This document shows positions 7,601 to 14,764 of a stretch of DNA of 17,559 nucleotides, in pieces. A model generated the notes under the pieces. The model saw nothing but the letters and a program-made list of their open reading frames with translations. It was not told the origin of the DNA and made no database searches. The position numbers and the translations under genes were made by a program. The DNA lies in contig JBEKCB010000054.1 of assembly GCA_050015075.1 (NCBI GenBank), positions 1-17,559 of the forward strand, written 5' to 3'. How positions within the stretch are numbered: position 1 is the first letter of the stretch; each line of letters begins with the position of its first letter. This DNA comes from Candidatus Brocadiia bacterium (GTDB lineage Bacteria > Planctomycetota > Brocadiia > CAIUPP01).

Positions 7601-8105
7601 GGTCCGCGTAGCGCCCCGCCGCCGCGAGCGCTTCGCGCGGCTTCCCCGCCAGCAGCCACTGGCAGATTTCGCCGCTGTTGCAGCCGCTCATCACAATCAG
7701 GCCGTCCTTGTGCTCTTGGAGCAGCTCCACGTCAATCCGCGGGCGGTAATAGAAGCCGTCGAGGAAGGCGCTGGAGGCGAGTTTCACCAGGTTATGGTAT
7801 CCGCGAATATCAGCCGCGAGCAGCGTCAGGTGATTGTACGCCTCCTTGCCGCCGCCGGCGGACTGCTTGTCCTTGCGGCTGCCGGGCGCGACGTAGGCCT
7901 CGTAGCCGATGATCGGCTTGATCCCCGCGCCGGTCATCGCCCGATAGAACTGGATCGCGCCGTAGAGATTCCCGTGGTCGGTCAGCGCGCAGGCCTTCAT
8001 CCGCTGCGCCTTCGCCAGCTTCGCCAGACTCGCCGGCGTGCAAGCGCCGTCGAGCAGGCTGAAGTGGCTGTGAACGTGCAGGTGAACGAATTCTTTAGGA
8101 TTCAT
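4614..8105 (-). CDS. dnaE: DNA polymerase III alpha subunit
   Basis: PHP domain (HLHVHSHFSLLDG, TDHG, TNDIHY), PDLDLD, STHAAGVVI, KMDLLGLRTLT, YRPGP, IVYQEQIM, YGFNKAHA and a C-terminal OB fold; 1163 aa. Confidence 0.98.
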   Translation of the reverse strand: MNPKEFVHLHVHSHFSLLDGACTPASLAKLAKAQRMKACALTDHGNLYGAIQFYRAMTGAGIKPIIGYEAYVAPGSRKDKQSAGGGKEAYNHLTLLAADIRGYHNLVKLASSAFLDGFYYRPRIDVELLQEHKDGLIVMSGCNSGEICQWLLAGKPREALAAAGRYADLLGKENFFIEMQDNGLPEQKACLEGLARVASEAGLEMVATNDIHYGAPDDAAAHEVLLCINTGKTLADEGRMRFGSKEFYFKTGAEMAARFGHLPRAIENSVVIAERCNVAFDFETRNFPRYTPPDGLSAGEYLRKLCEEGLKRRYGASAPAAKKRLDYELGVIEKMGYSSYFLIGWDIVAFARRRGIPVGLRGSCASTLVAYVLDISDVDPIRYSLIFERALDPQRREPPDLDLDLCEIRREEVIHYLREKYGESNTAQIITFGTMKARAVVRDVGRVLGWSVSEVDALAKRIPGVLGATLEKSLEQDESLRNDEKSNPRIRELLTYARKLEGLARHASTHAAGVVIADKPLVEFIPLCKMNDVVMSQFAMNDLEKAGMLKMDLLGLRTLTIVDKTLDLVKASQGHALDLQAVPLDDAKTYELIGRGDTKAVFQFGSSGIRDLLRRLKPENMEDLIAVVAMYRPGPLKSGMVDDFIARRHGEKEVTYVAPQLEPILKETCGVIVYQEQIMRILHELGGLTLADALSCIKSISKKRSEEVDARAEAFLKGAQKKHMTAQVAEELFALIRHFAEYGFNKAHATAYAYLAYRTAYLKANYPMEFAAADLSCEMGDSERLKEHVRDCMQMGLTVLPPCVNEGGGLFTVCGEKAIRFGMVGVKSVGERTVEAIVRAREAGGRFTSLQNFCDRVDSAAINRQAAESLIKAGAFDSLPGNRAQKIAALEDALRSGARAQLDRRRGQKSLFGGDTGVRAVETPLPPIPEWPPVEMGRHEKEALGLRLSFNPLDRYEAVLSQLATATAATLRSLNDGAPVIVGGEVISIRPTITKGGHAMAHIEMEDPTGTIRGVVFPDCFEKHGGLLKEDAILFAVGTVDKSSDRPGIKLQELIPVAEAPARLASAVKLSLQRAALNSQVVDDIKALCQRHRGDCAVLVEVVAPDQQRVLVKAGRELAVRPTEAFIAEMGRLVGEGHMQLSPRKPQAQSSGNGRGRWSRGQN

Positions 8106-8221
8106 TGCATCGCCGTATAAAGTCAGGCGCAGGAGCGCCGTAGTATGGCAATTTTCCGCGGCCTCGTCGTTGTCCTCGGTGGTCCGCAGAGGATTTCCAC
8201 GAACGGGACACGACCTGCGTC

Positions 8222-8249
8222 ATTATCCCCGGTAGCACGCCAAAGTCAA
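8222..8249 (-). promoter_or_regulatory. Putative sigma70 promoter for dnaE
   Basis: TTGACT (8249-8244), 16-nt spacer, GATAAT (8227-8222). Confidence 0.45.
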
Positions 8250-8269
8250 GCGAGGGTAGGGGACATCTT

Positions 8270-9034
8270 TCAGGGAAAGAACTCGCTAAACATGAACTCC
8301 CGCCGCTTTTTGAATGCCTCGATATCAGCGGTGTTCAGCTCGAACCACTCACCCTGTTTCCGCTTCTGCCGGAAGCGACCGTGCCAGTACTTCTCAAGAA
8401 GGTAGGGCTGGTCAGTCTTGATCTCATGCCTCGGGAGAAGATCTTCAGGAAGTAGGATGCCAATACTCCTGCCTCTCCGGTCGGCGTCTTTTGCTTTGCC
8501 GATCTTATACAAGCGCAATGAGGGTGAATATTTCAGATAAACGAACCCCGTCTTAGCTACCGCTTGGTGTTTGGACGTCGTTGCCACAACGGTTTTAGAT
8601 ACTTCTCTTTGGAGCCGGCCCTCGCATAAAGATGCCAACGCCTTGTTGCCGGTTTTCTGGCTGAAATCCAGAAGCGCCACAGCTATTCCTGGCATACCGC
8701 CGAATCGCCTTCTGACCGTCTCCCAGACTGGAAAGCTTCGCTTCTGCCGCGCCTCCAAAGTAATCTCGTCTCGCACTGGGAAGTGACCTAATGTGGTTAT
8801 AAAGTCCGCCAAGTGACGTAGGAGCTCTTCGTCACTTTCCTTCTTTGTCAAGGTATTTGGCTCATATCCCGCTGCAGTAACGGCTTCCGTCCACCGCACC
8901 CAATATCTTCCCTTCCAAACTGATTCCTTGATCCGCGTAGCGCTTGCAAAAGATCGTTCGCCGGGTATCTGCCCGTCGTGAGTCTCCACATACTTCCGGA
9001 TTTCGTCCAGAATCTCCTGTCTACTGATGGCCAT
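8270..9034 (-). CDS. GIY-YIG-like (T5orf172/Mug113-type) nuclease-domain protein with N-terminal helical repeats
   Basis: C-terminal GFVYL...YKIG...RR...LEKYWHGRFRQKRKQGEWFEL matches the T5orf172/Mug113 pattern. The N-terminus has two units resembling homing-endonuclease-associated repeats (SRQEILDEIRK...W.EAVTAAG and SDEELLRHL...P.WETVRRRFGG). The gene is AT-richer than its flanks. Confidence 0.75.
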   Translation of the reverse strand: MAISRQEILDEIRKYVETHDGQIPGERSFASATRIKESVWKGRYWVRWTEAVTAAGYEPNTLTKKESDEELLRHLADFITTLGHFPVRDEITLEARQKRSFPVWETVRRRFGGMPGIAVALLDFSQKTGNKALASLCEGRLQREVSKTVVATTSKHQAVAKTGFVYLKYSPSLRLYKIGKAKDADRRGRSIGILLPEDLLPRHEIKTDQPYLLEKYWHGRFRQKRKQGEWFELNTADIEAFKKRREFMFSEFFP

Positions 9035-9158
9035 GAATTGGTTGCTTTCTCTTGGAGATCGGAGGCACACGACAGATCTTCATGCTTGACGCCACTCCTC
9101 ACGGCGGAACAAGAATCGCTACGCCGTCAGCATCCGGAAGCGTCATTTTTCGACAGGG

Positions 9159-9494
9159 TTACACTGATGGTCCAATACTTATTTCCATCCCTTCGCGCCG
9201 CGCGATGTCCAGAATGGGACGGCCTTCCTCCGTTTCCCACTCGCGCTCGCCGCAGGGGATCGGCTCGATGCGGTTGTCCGCCTCGCAGGTGATCTGCCAC
9301 AACTTTTCCACCAGCGGCAGTGAGTGCGGTCCGTCGAACTCAGGCGCGATGACCACAAGGTCAATGTCGCTCCATTTGCCGGCCTCCCCACGCGCATAGG
9401 AACCGAAGAGCACGCCGCTCTGCGAATGGATGCCCGCTCTCTGCAATGCGCTCAGATAGCCCTTGACGATCTCTACAATTGCGCTGTCAACCAT
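9159..9494 (-). CDS. Minimal nucleotidyltransferase (MNT) domain protein, putative antitoxin
   Basis: LFGSYARGEAGKWSDIDLVVI (GS-x10-DxD Pol-beta NTase motif); 111 aa; overlaps the 3' end of the HEPN gene. Confidence 0.9.
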   Translation of the reverse strand: MVDSAIVEIVKGYLSALQRAGIHSQSGVLFGSYARGEAGKWSDIDLVVIAPEFDGPHSLPLVEKLWQITCEADNRIEPIPCGEREWETEEGRPILDIARREGMEISIGPSV

Positions 9495-9850
9495 CGGAGA
9501 AACTCCTGGGCAGTTGCCAATCGCTGTTCAGCAGCCGGGCGATCCACTGTCACTTGCGCCATGTCTGGGTAACGGCCCTCAAGTTGAAACATATTGAATC
9601 TGCTCAGCCAAAGCTCCTGCTCGGGCAACAACTCAATCCCAGCCGTTTCAGCAAGTCGCAACAGGTTATGAATTTTCGGCGGGACCTGTTGCGTTTTCAG
9701 GGTCACGTGTGCCTTGAGCATCTTCTCGATGGCCAGGTGCGCGAAGAAAAGCCCATGTCGGAAACGCCCCTTCTCGCACAGCATCTCGGCAACCTCAAGG
9801 TCTTCCCGGCTGCCTGCCGTCCAGTAGTCAACCTGCTTCTGAATGTCCAC
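9473..9850 (-). CDS. HEPN domain protein (SaV/Sacsin-type), putative toxin partner
   Basis: YW...SREDLEVAEML, FFAHLAIEKMLKA, PPKIHNLLRLA, EGRYP. GTG start at 9850 chosen from the typical family length. Confidence 0.88.
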   Translation of the reverse strand: MDIQKQVDYWTAGSREDLEVAEMLCEKGRFRHGLFFAHLAIEKMLKAHVTLKTQQVPPKIHNLLRLAETAGIELLPEQELWLSRFNMFQLEGRYPDMAQVTVDRPAAEQRLATAQEFLRWLTAQL

Positions 9851-9936
9851 CGCGTTCCACCCCGACAAGGAATCGTAAGTCCGCCTGCGTATCCTTATCA
9901 CGCCAGTCTGTTCATGTCAACAATTCGATGCAGCTG

Positions 9937-10254
9937 TTACCTGCACGCCTCGACGTACCTCATTCGGAGGTCGTAGAGGATGGCGCTCATGAGCTTGGCT
10001 TCCTCGTCGGTCAGGTTGCCCCGCATCTTGTCCTGGAGGATCTGCAGGAGGTCTATGGAGTATTTGGCCTGTTCGAGGTCCACCTGGCGTTTGCCGGTCA
10101 TCGGGTTGTCGAAGAGGCCCAGGTTGATGAGCACCTGCCCGGCCAGGCCGGAGACGAAGGTCTTGAGGCTCGGTTCCGGCAGCGGCGCGCGCTCGGACTT
10201 CGGACGAGGCGTCGCCGGTTCGCCCGCTGCTTCCGGTTTCTCCTGCTCGTTCAT
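9937..10254 (-). CDS. DUF1844 domain protein
   Basis: LPEPSLKTFVSGLAGQVLINLG..NP.TGK..VDLEQAKYSIDLLQILQDKMRGNLTDEE..L...LYDLRMRYV. Confidence 0.85.
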   Translation of the reverse strand: MNEQEKPEAAGEPATPRPKSERAPLPEPSLKTFVSGLAGQVLINLGLFDNPMTGKRQVDLEQAKYSIDLLQILQDKMRGNLTDEEAKLMSAILYDLRMRYVEACR

Positions 10255-10283
10255 CAGCCACCGCCCTTCGACGAAAAATCGGC

Positions 10284-10400
10284 TTTTGCCACGGATTTCA
10301 CGGATTTCCACGGATTACAGGAAAACGAAATTAACGGCCACTATTGCCTTTGCAGTTCGTCGCCCGTAATCCGTGTCAATCCGTGAAATCCGTGGCAAAA
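10284..10400. repeat. Intergenic inverted-repeat element (MITE/REP-like) with 35-bp arms made of CACGGATT units
   Basis: TTTTGCCACGGATTTCACGGATTTCCACGGATTAC (10284-10318) versus the reverse complement of 10366-10400 gives 33/35 matches. Confidence 0.9.
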
Positions 10401-10413
10401 AAGTCGTTAAAAA

Positions 10414-12042
10414 TCATCCCGTCGTTTTGTGCTGCGATTGTTTCCTGGCCAGCGCGGCGCCGATGAAGGCGCGGAAGAGCGGGTGCGCCTCGATCGGGCG
10501 CGACTTCAGTTCGGGGTGGAACTGCACGGACAGGAACCACGGATGCCCTTCGAGCTCCATGATCTCCACGAGCTTGCCGTCCGGCGAGGTTCCGCTGAAG
10601 CGCATTCCGGCCTTCTCGAACTGCGCGCGGTAGGCGTTATTGAACTCGTAGCGATGGCGGTGGCGCTCGGAAATCTGGTCCGCGCCGTACGCGGCGCGCG
10701 CCAGGCTCTTCGGCGCGATCAGGGCCGTCTGCGCGCCGAGGCGCATGGTGCCGCCCAGGTTCACCACGCGGCGCTGCTCGTCCATCATGCAGACGACCGG
10801 GTGCGGCGTATCGGCGTCGAACTCCGAGCTGTTGGCGTTCTGGAGCCCGCACACGTCGCGGGCGAACTCGATCGCGGCGCACTGCATGCCGAGGCAGATG
10901 CCGAAGAACGGGATTTTCTTCTCGCGCGCGTGCTGGATCGCGCGGACCTTGCCGTCAATCCCGCGCATGCCGAAGCCGCCCGGGACGAGGATGCCGTCCA
11001 CCCCGGCGAGCAGTTTCTGCGGGTCGCCGGCAAGGAGTTCCTCCGCCTCGATCTTGCGCTTGATGACGCGCGCGTGGTTGGCGATGCCGCCGTGCGTGAG
11101 CGCCTCGTAGATGGACTCGTACGCCGATTTCAGGTGGATGTATTTCCCGATCACCGCCACCGTCACCTCGTGCTTCGGGTTCTGCAGGACTTGCAGCATC
11201 GCCTTCCAGTCGTCGAGGCCGGGACCGTCGGTCTTGAGCTGGAGCTTCTCGGCGAGCAGGGCGTCGAGTCCCTCGCGCTGGAGGACGAGCGGCAGCTCGT
11301 AGATGGTGCTCGTCTCGGCCAGGTCAATCTCCTCGATCACGGCGCGGCGCTCGACGCTGCAGAACATGGCGATCTTGTCGCGCACGTCGTCGGAAAGCGG
11401 CTTCTCCGTGCGGCAGACCAGCACGTCGGGCAGGATGCCGAGCTCGCGCAGCTTGCCGACGGAGTGCTGCGTGGGCTTCGTCTTGATCTCCTGGCTCGCG
11501 CGCAGGTACGGGATGAGCGTGAGGTGGACGAACACCGCGTTCTGCCGGCCGACCTCCTGGCCGAACTGCCGGATTGCCTCGAGGAACGGCAGCCCTTCGA
11601 TGTCACCGACCGTGCCGCCGATCTCGGTGATCACCACGTCCACGTCCGGGCGCGCGATCCGCCGGACGGCGCTCTTGATCTCGTTGGTGATGTGCGGGAC
11701 GACCTGGATCGTCCGGCCGAGGTACTCGCCGCGCCGCTCCTTGGAAATGACCGAGTTGTAAATCTGCCCGCTGGTGAAGTTGCTGTCGCGCGTGGTCCGC
11801 GCGCGCGTGAACCGCTCGTAGTGGCCCAGGTCGAGGTCGGTCTCCGCGCCGTCGTCGGTGACGTAAACCTCGCCGTGCTGGTACGGGCTCATCGTGCCCG
11901 GGTCCACGTTCAGGTACGGATCGAACTTCTGCATCGCCACGCGCAGCCCGCGGCTCTCCAGCAGCAGCCCCAGCGCGCCGGAGGTCAGCCCTTTCCCGAG
12001 CGAACTTACTACGCCGCCGGTGACGAAAATATGTTTTGCCAT
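10414..12042 (-). CDS. pyrG: CTP synthase
   Basis: [69 protein letters not shown]. Confidence 0.99.
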   Translation of the reverse strand: MAKHIFVTGGVVSSLGKGLTSGALGLLLESRGLRVAMQKFDPYLNVDPGTMSPYQHGEVYVTDDGAETDLDLGHYERFTRARTTRDSNFTSGQIYNSVISKERRGEYLGRTIQVVPHITNEIKSAVRRIARPDVDVVITEIGGTVGDIEGLPFLEAIRQFGQEVGRQNAVFVHLTLIPYLRASQEIKTKPTQHSVGKLRELGILPDVLVCRTEKPLSDDVRDKIAMFCSVERRAVIEEIDLAETSTIYELPLVLQREGLDALLAEKLQLKTDGPGLDDWKAMLQVLQNPKHEVTVAVIGKYIHLKSAYESIYEALTHGGIANHARVIKRKIEAEELLAGDPQKLLAGVDGILVPGGFGMRGIDGKVRAIQHAREKKIPFFGICLGMQCAAIEFARDVCGLQNANSSEFDADTPHPVVCMMDEQRRVVNLGGTMRLGAQTALIAPKSLARAAYGADQISERHRHRYEFNNAYRAQFEKAGMRFSGTSPDGKLVEIMELEGHPWFLSVQFHPELKSRPIEAHPLFRAFIGAALARKQSQHKTTG

Positions 12043-12060
12043 TGATGGGCCTCTATGTTA

Positions 12061-12160
12061 TTTTTGACAGGATTTACAAGATCAACCGGATAACCTTGTC
12101 CAAAATTCGTTTCGTTTTCCGATCTCCTCTGAACAACCTCGTTTTTCCTGTAATCCCGTC
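12061..12160. repeat. Degenerate intergenic inverted-repeat element
   Basis: ttttgACAGGATTT ACAAGATCA ACCGGATAA (9-nt period) pairs imperfectly with ttcctgtaatcccgtc (12145-12160). Confidence 0.5.
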
Positions 12161-12909
12161 TAGACTTTTTTTCGTTCCGCCGCGCAGAACGCCTCGAAAT
12201 CCTCGCGCGTATCCACCTTCAGCGTCCGGTGCGGCGTCACGCCGACCGTGATCTTATATCCGTTTGCCAGCGCGCGCAACTGTTCCAGCTTTTCCGCCTG
12301 CTCCAGCGGGTGCGGCGGCAGCGCGGTGAAGTCCAGAAGCGCCTCGCGGCGGTAACCGTAAATGCCGTGATGCCGCAGGTGCGGGACCGGGCTCTCGCGC
12401 AGCGGCGAGCTGGATCCTCGCACGTGCGGGATGACCGCCCTCGAGAAATACAGCGCCCTGGAGCGGCCGTCGAGCACCACCTTCACCACTCCCGGGTCCA
12501 TCAATTCCGATTCATCGCGGATTCGGCATGCCAGCGTGGACATTTCGCACTCCGGGTCCTCGCGCAACAGGCGGACGGTGTGCGAGATCATCTCCGGAAG
12601 GATGCCCGCCTCGTCGGCCTGGAGGTTGATCACGCAGTCATGCCGGAGTCCGCGCGCGACCTCGGCGCAGCGGTCGCTGCCGCTCGGATGCGTGGACTGC
12701 GTCATGCGCACTTCGCCTCCGAAAGCGCGGACCGCCTCGGCGATGCGCTCGTCGTCGGTGGCCACCAGCGTCTCGTCCACGCCCTCGGCGCGCGTCGCCG
12801 CTTCCCAGGCGTATTGGATCAGCGGTTTGCCGGACGGGCTGCGCATCAGCACCTTGCCGGGAAAACGCGTGGAGCCGAATCGAGCCGGGATGATAACGGC
12901 GCAAGTCAT
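12160..12909 (-). CDS. kdsB: 3-deoxy-manno-octulosonate cytidylyltransferase (CMP-Kdo synthetase)
   Basis: IIPARFGSTRFPGK, VATDDERI, SGSDR, NLQADE, VVKVV, ALYFSRAVIP, LEQAEKLEQLRAL, VDT. Confidence 0.95.
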   Translation of the reverse strand: MTCAVIIPARFGSTRFPGKVLMRSPSGKPLIQYAWEAATRAEGVDETLVATDDERIAEAVRAFGGEVRMTQSTHPSGSDRCAEVARGLRHDCVINLQADEAGILPEMISHTVRLLREDPECEMSTLACRIRDESELMDPGVVKVVLDGRSRALYFSRAVIPHVRGSSSPLRESPVPHLRHHGIYGYRREALLDFTALPPHPLEQAEKLEQLRALANGYKITVGVTPHRTLKVDTREDFEAFCAAERKKV

Positions 12910-13991
12910 GGCTTCGCCTCCTCGATCGCCTCGTCATAGACCGCAACGGTGTCCGCGACGAGGCGCTGCATGCTGAACCGCTCCGCAACGCTGAGGCGCG
13001 CGGCGGCGCCGAGATCGCAGGCGGCCTGCGGATGCGTCAGAAGTTGTCCCACCGCGTCCGCCAGCGCGGCGGCGTCGCCCTTGGCGACCAGGCGCGCGGT
13101 CTTCCCTTCGACAACCATTTCCGGAACGCTGCCGGCGGACGTGGCGACCACCGCCTTGCCCATCGCCATCGCTTCGAGAACGCCGTAGCCGAGTCCGCCG
13201 GCCAAGGCCGGCTGCACGAAAATATCCAGCGCCGAGATCGCGCCGCGATAATTCGCCAGCCGCGTCACGAAGGTCACGCGCTTCTCGATCCCGAGCGCGG
13301 CGGCCTCCTTCCGGAGCGAGCGTTCGTCGCCGCCGTCGCCCGCCACGATGAACTCCGCCTCCGGGATCGAACCGGTCAGGATTTTGACCGCCCGGAGGAA
13401 CACCGACTGGCCGCGCCCCGGTTCGAGCGGCGCCACGGCGCCGATCACGGGGATGCGCTCGCCGATCCTCGGCGGCAGGAAGTCGTAGAGCTTCAAATCC
13501 ACGCCCGGAGGCACCAGGCGCAGCATATCGCGCGGGACTCGGCTGCGGTTGACGAGCCCCTCGCGCATGAATTCGCTCAGCGCAATCACGCGCGCGGCGC
13601 GGCGCCGGATGCGGGCGACCTCGCAGCAGTCGCCGTCCAGCGAATACGGTGTGAAGACCATCGGCGTACGCACGACCCGGAGGAAGCGGCGCCCCGAAAA
13701 GTGCAGCCCGATCCCGTGGACGTGGATCACTGCCGCTCGCGTCCGGCGCATGAATTCGTGGAACGTCCCCGCGCCGATGAACCCGGTCCAGCGCCCTGCC
13801 AGCGCATTCCAGGTCGTCCACGGAAGGGGCAGCCCCCTTTCGGCGATCTCCAGCGGCATGGACGTGCAGACGAGGGACACGCCGTACCCGTGCCCGCCGA
13901 GCCCGGCGAGAAAGTCCAGCATGTTGAGGTGGCCGCTGCGAACGCGCACGCGTCCGGTTACGGCCAGGATATTCCGAATCGGGGTGTTCAC
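12906..13991 (-). CDS. Glycosyltransferase family 4 (GT-B) protein
   Basis: VIHVHG, VIALSE, PGVD, IVAGDG, LDIFVQP, GLGYGVLEAMAMGKAVVAT..G..PEMV. ATGA overlap with kdsB. Confidence 0.85.
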   Translation of the reverse strand: MNTPIRNILAVTGRVRVRSGHLNMLDFLAGLGGHGYGVSLVCTSMPLEIAERGLPLPWTTWNALAGRWTGFIGAGTFHEFMRRTRAAVIHVHGIGLHFSGRRFLRVVRTPMVFTPYSLDGDCCEVARIRRRAARVIALSEFMREGLVNRSRVPRDMLRLVPPGVDLKLYDFLPPRIGERIPVIGAVAPLEPGRGQSVFLRAVKILTGSIPEAEFIVAGDGGDERSLRKEAAALGIEKRVTFVTRLANYRGAISALDIFVQPALAGGLGYGVLEAMAMGKAVVATSAGSVPEMVVEGKTARLVAKGDAAALADAVGQLLTHPQAACDLGAAARLSVAERFSMQRLVADTVAVYDEAIEEAKP

Positions 13992-14039
13992 GCAGGAGGC
14001 ACACTCTATCGCGCACGCGCGGGCGCGGGGAATTCCAAC

Positions 14040-14678
14040 TTAGTGCGACTGATGCTTCGCGGCGATCCTTTCCAGCTTCGAGTAAATCTGCAACGGCTCC
14101 AACGGCTTCACGAAGTAGCCGTGCGCGCCGATGGACATCGAATACTGCTTGTCGCGGCCATGCAGCAGCTCAGTGGTCATCAGCACCGGCGTCGTCCAGA
14201 CCTCCTTGTTCAGGATATTGCTCGGGCTCCGCAATTGCTGAACGACCTGGAAGCCGCTCATGATGTCGAGCTTTACGTTGAGCAGCACCGCCGCCGGCCG
14301 TTGGGCGCGGATCAGCTCCAGCGCCGTCGGCCCGTCCGCCGCCTCCAATACGGCGTAATTACGTTCCTGGAGCAGCCGCGCGGTCATCCGCCGATCCTTC
14401 GCGTTGCTGTCCGCGACCAGGATGAGCATCTTGGCAGACTCGGCGTCAGGCGAAACTTCCGCGGCTGTCGCCTCCGCGGACGCGGCCGGCGTCGCGCCGG
14501 CGGAGTGCGCTTCGACGCTGGCGAGGGTGACGGCCACGGTAACGGTCTCGTACGTAGACTTTCCGTCGTCAGGAACGCGCAGCACCGCCTGACAGTGCGG
14601 GCACTTGATGTGCCGACCTTCAGCGCCCTGGTGCGCCTTAACCTTCTCGCCGCACGGACACCTGAATCGTATGGCCAT
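14040..14678 (-). CDS. Zinc-ribbon plus atypical receiver (REC) domain protein
   Basis: N-terminal RCPCG...KCPHC, then an Ala-rich linker, then a CheY-like domain (ILVADSN, EAADG..ALELI, VLLNV..MSGFQV, TPVLMTT, GAHGYFVKP). GAGGGG RBS. Confidence 0.85.
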   Translation of the reverse strand: MAIRFRCPCGEKVKAHQGAEGRHIKCPHCQAVLRVPDDGKSTYETVTVAVTLASVEAHSAGATPAASAEATAAEVSPDAESAKMLILVADSNAKDRRMTARLLQERNYAVLEAADGPTALELIRAQRPAAVLLNVKLDIMSGFQVVQQLRSPSNILNKEVWTTPVLMTTELLHGRDKQYSMSIGAHGYFVKPLEPLQIYSKLERIAAKHQSH

Positions 14679-14713
14679 CTCGTCCCCTCGAGCGGCGCCC
14701 TGAGTCGGGAAGC

Positions 14714-14742
14714 ATTCTACCAGAGTGCCCGCCTTGCTTCAA
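14714..14742 (-). promoter_or_regulatory. Putative sigma70 promoter for the regulator gene
   Basis: TTGAAG, 17-nt spacer, TAGAAT, with an extended -10 TGn. Confidence 0.55.
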
Positions 14743-14764
14743 GAACTAATACTCGAACCTTCCG

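Noticed and set aside
4614-8105. Intein or split in dnaE
   Set aside because: The length is normal and the motifs are contiguous, with no intein-like insertion seen.
5034-8120. 1028-aa plus-strand ORF, and similar long ORFs at 10429..12045, 13032..14837 and 15509..17026
   Set aside because: Antisense shadows of well-supported genes, typical of high-GC codon bias, with no recognisable motifs.
9890-9920. TTGACA upstream of the HEPN gene as a promoter
   Set aside because: No convincing -10 hexamer at 16-18 nt spacing.
10284-10400. CRISPR array
   Set aside because: The units are short and inverted, with no repeat-spacer periodicity and no cas genes. The same applies to the other repeats.
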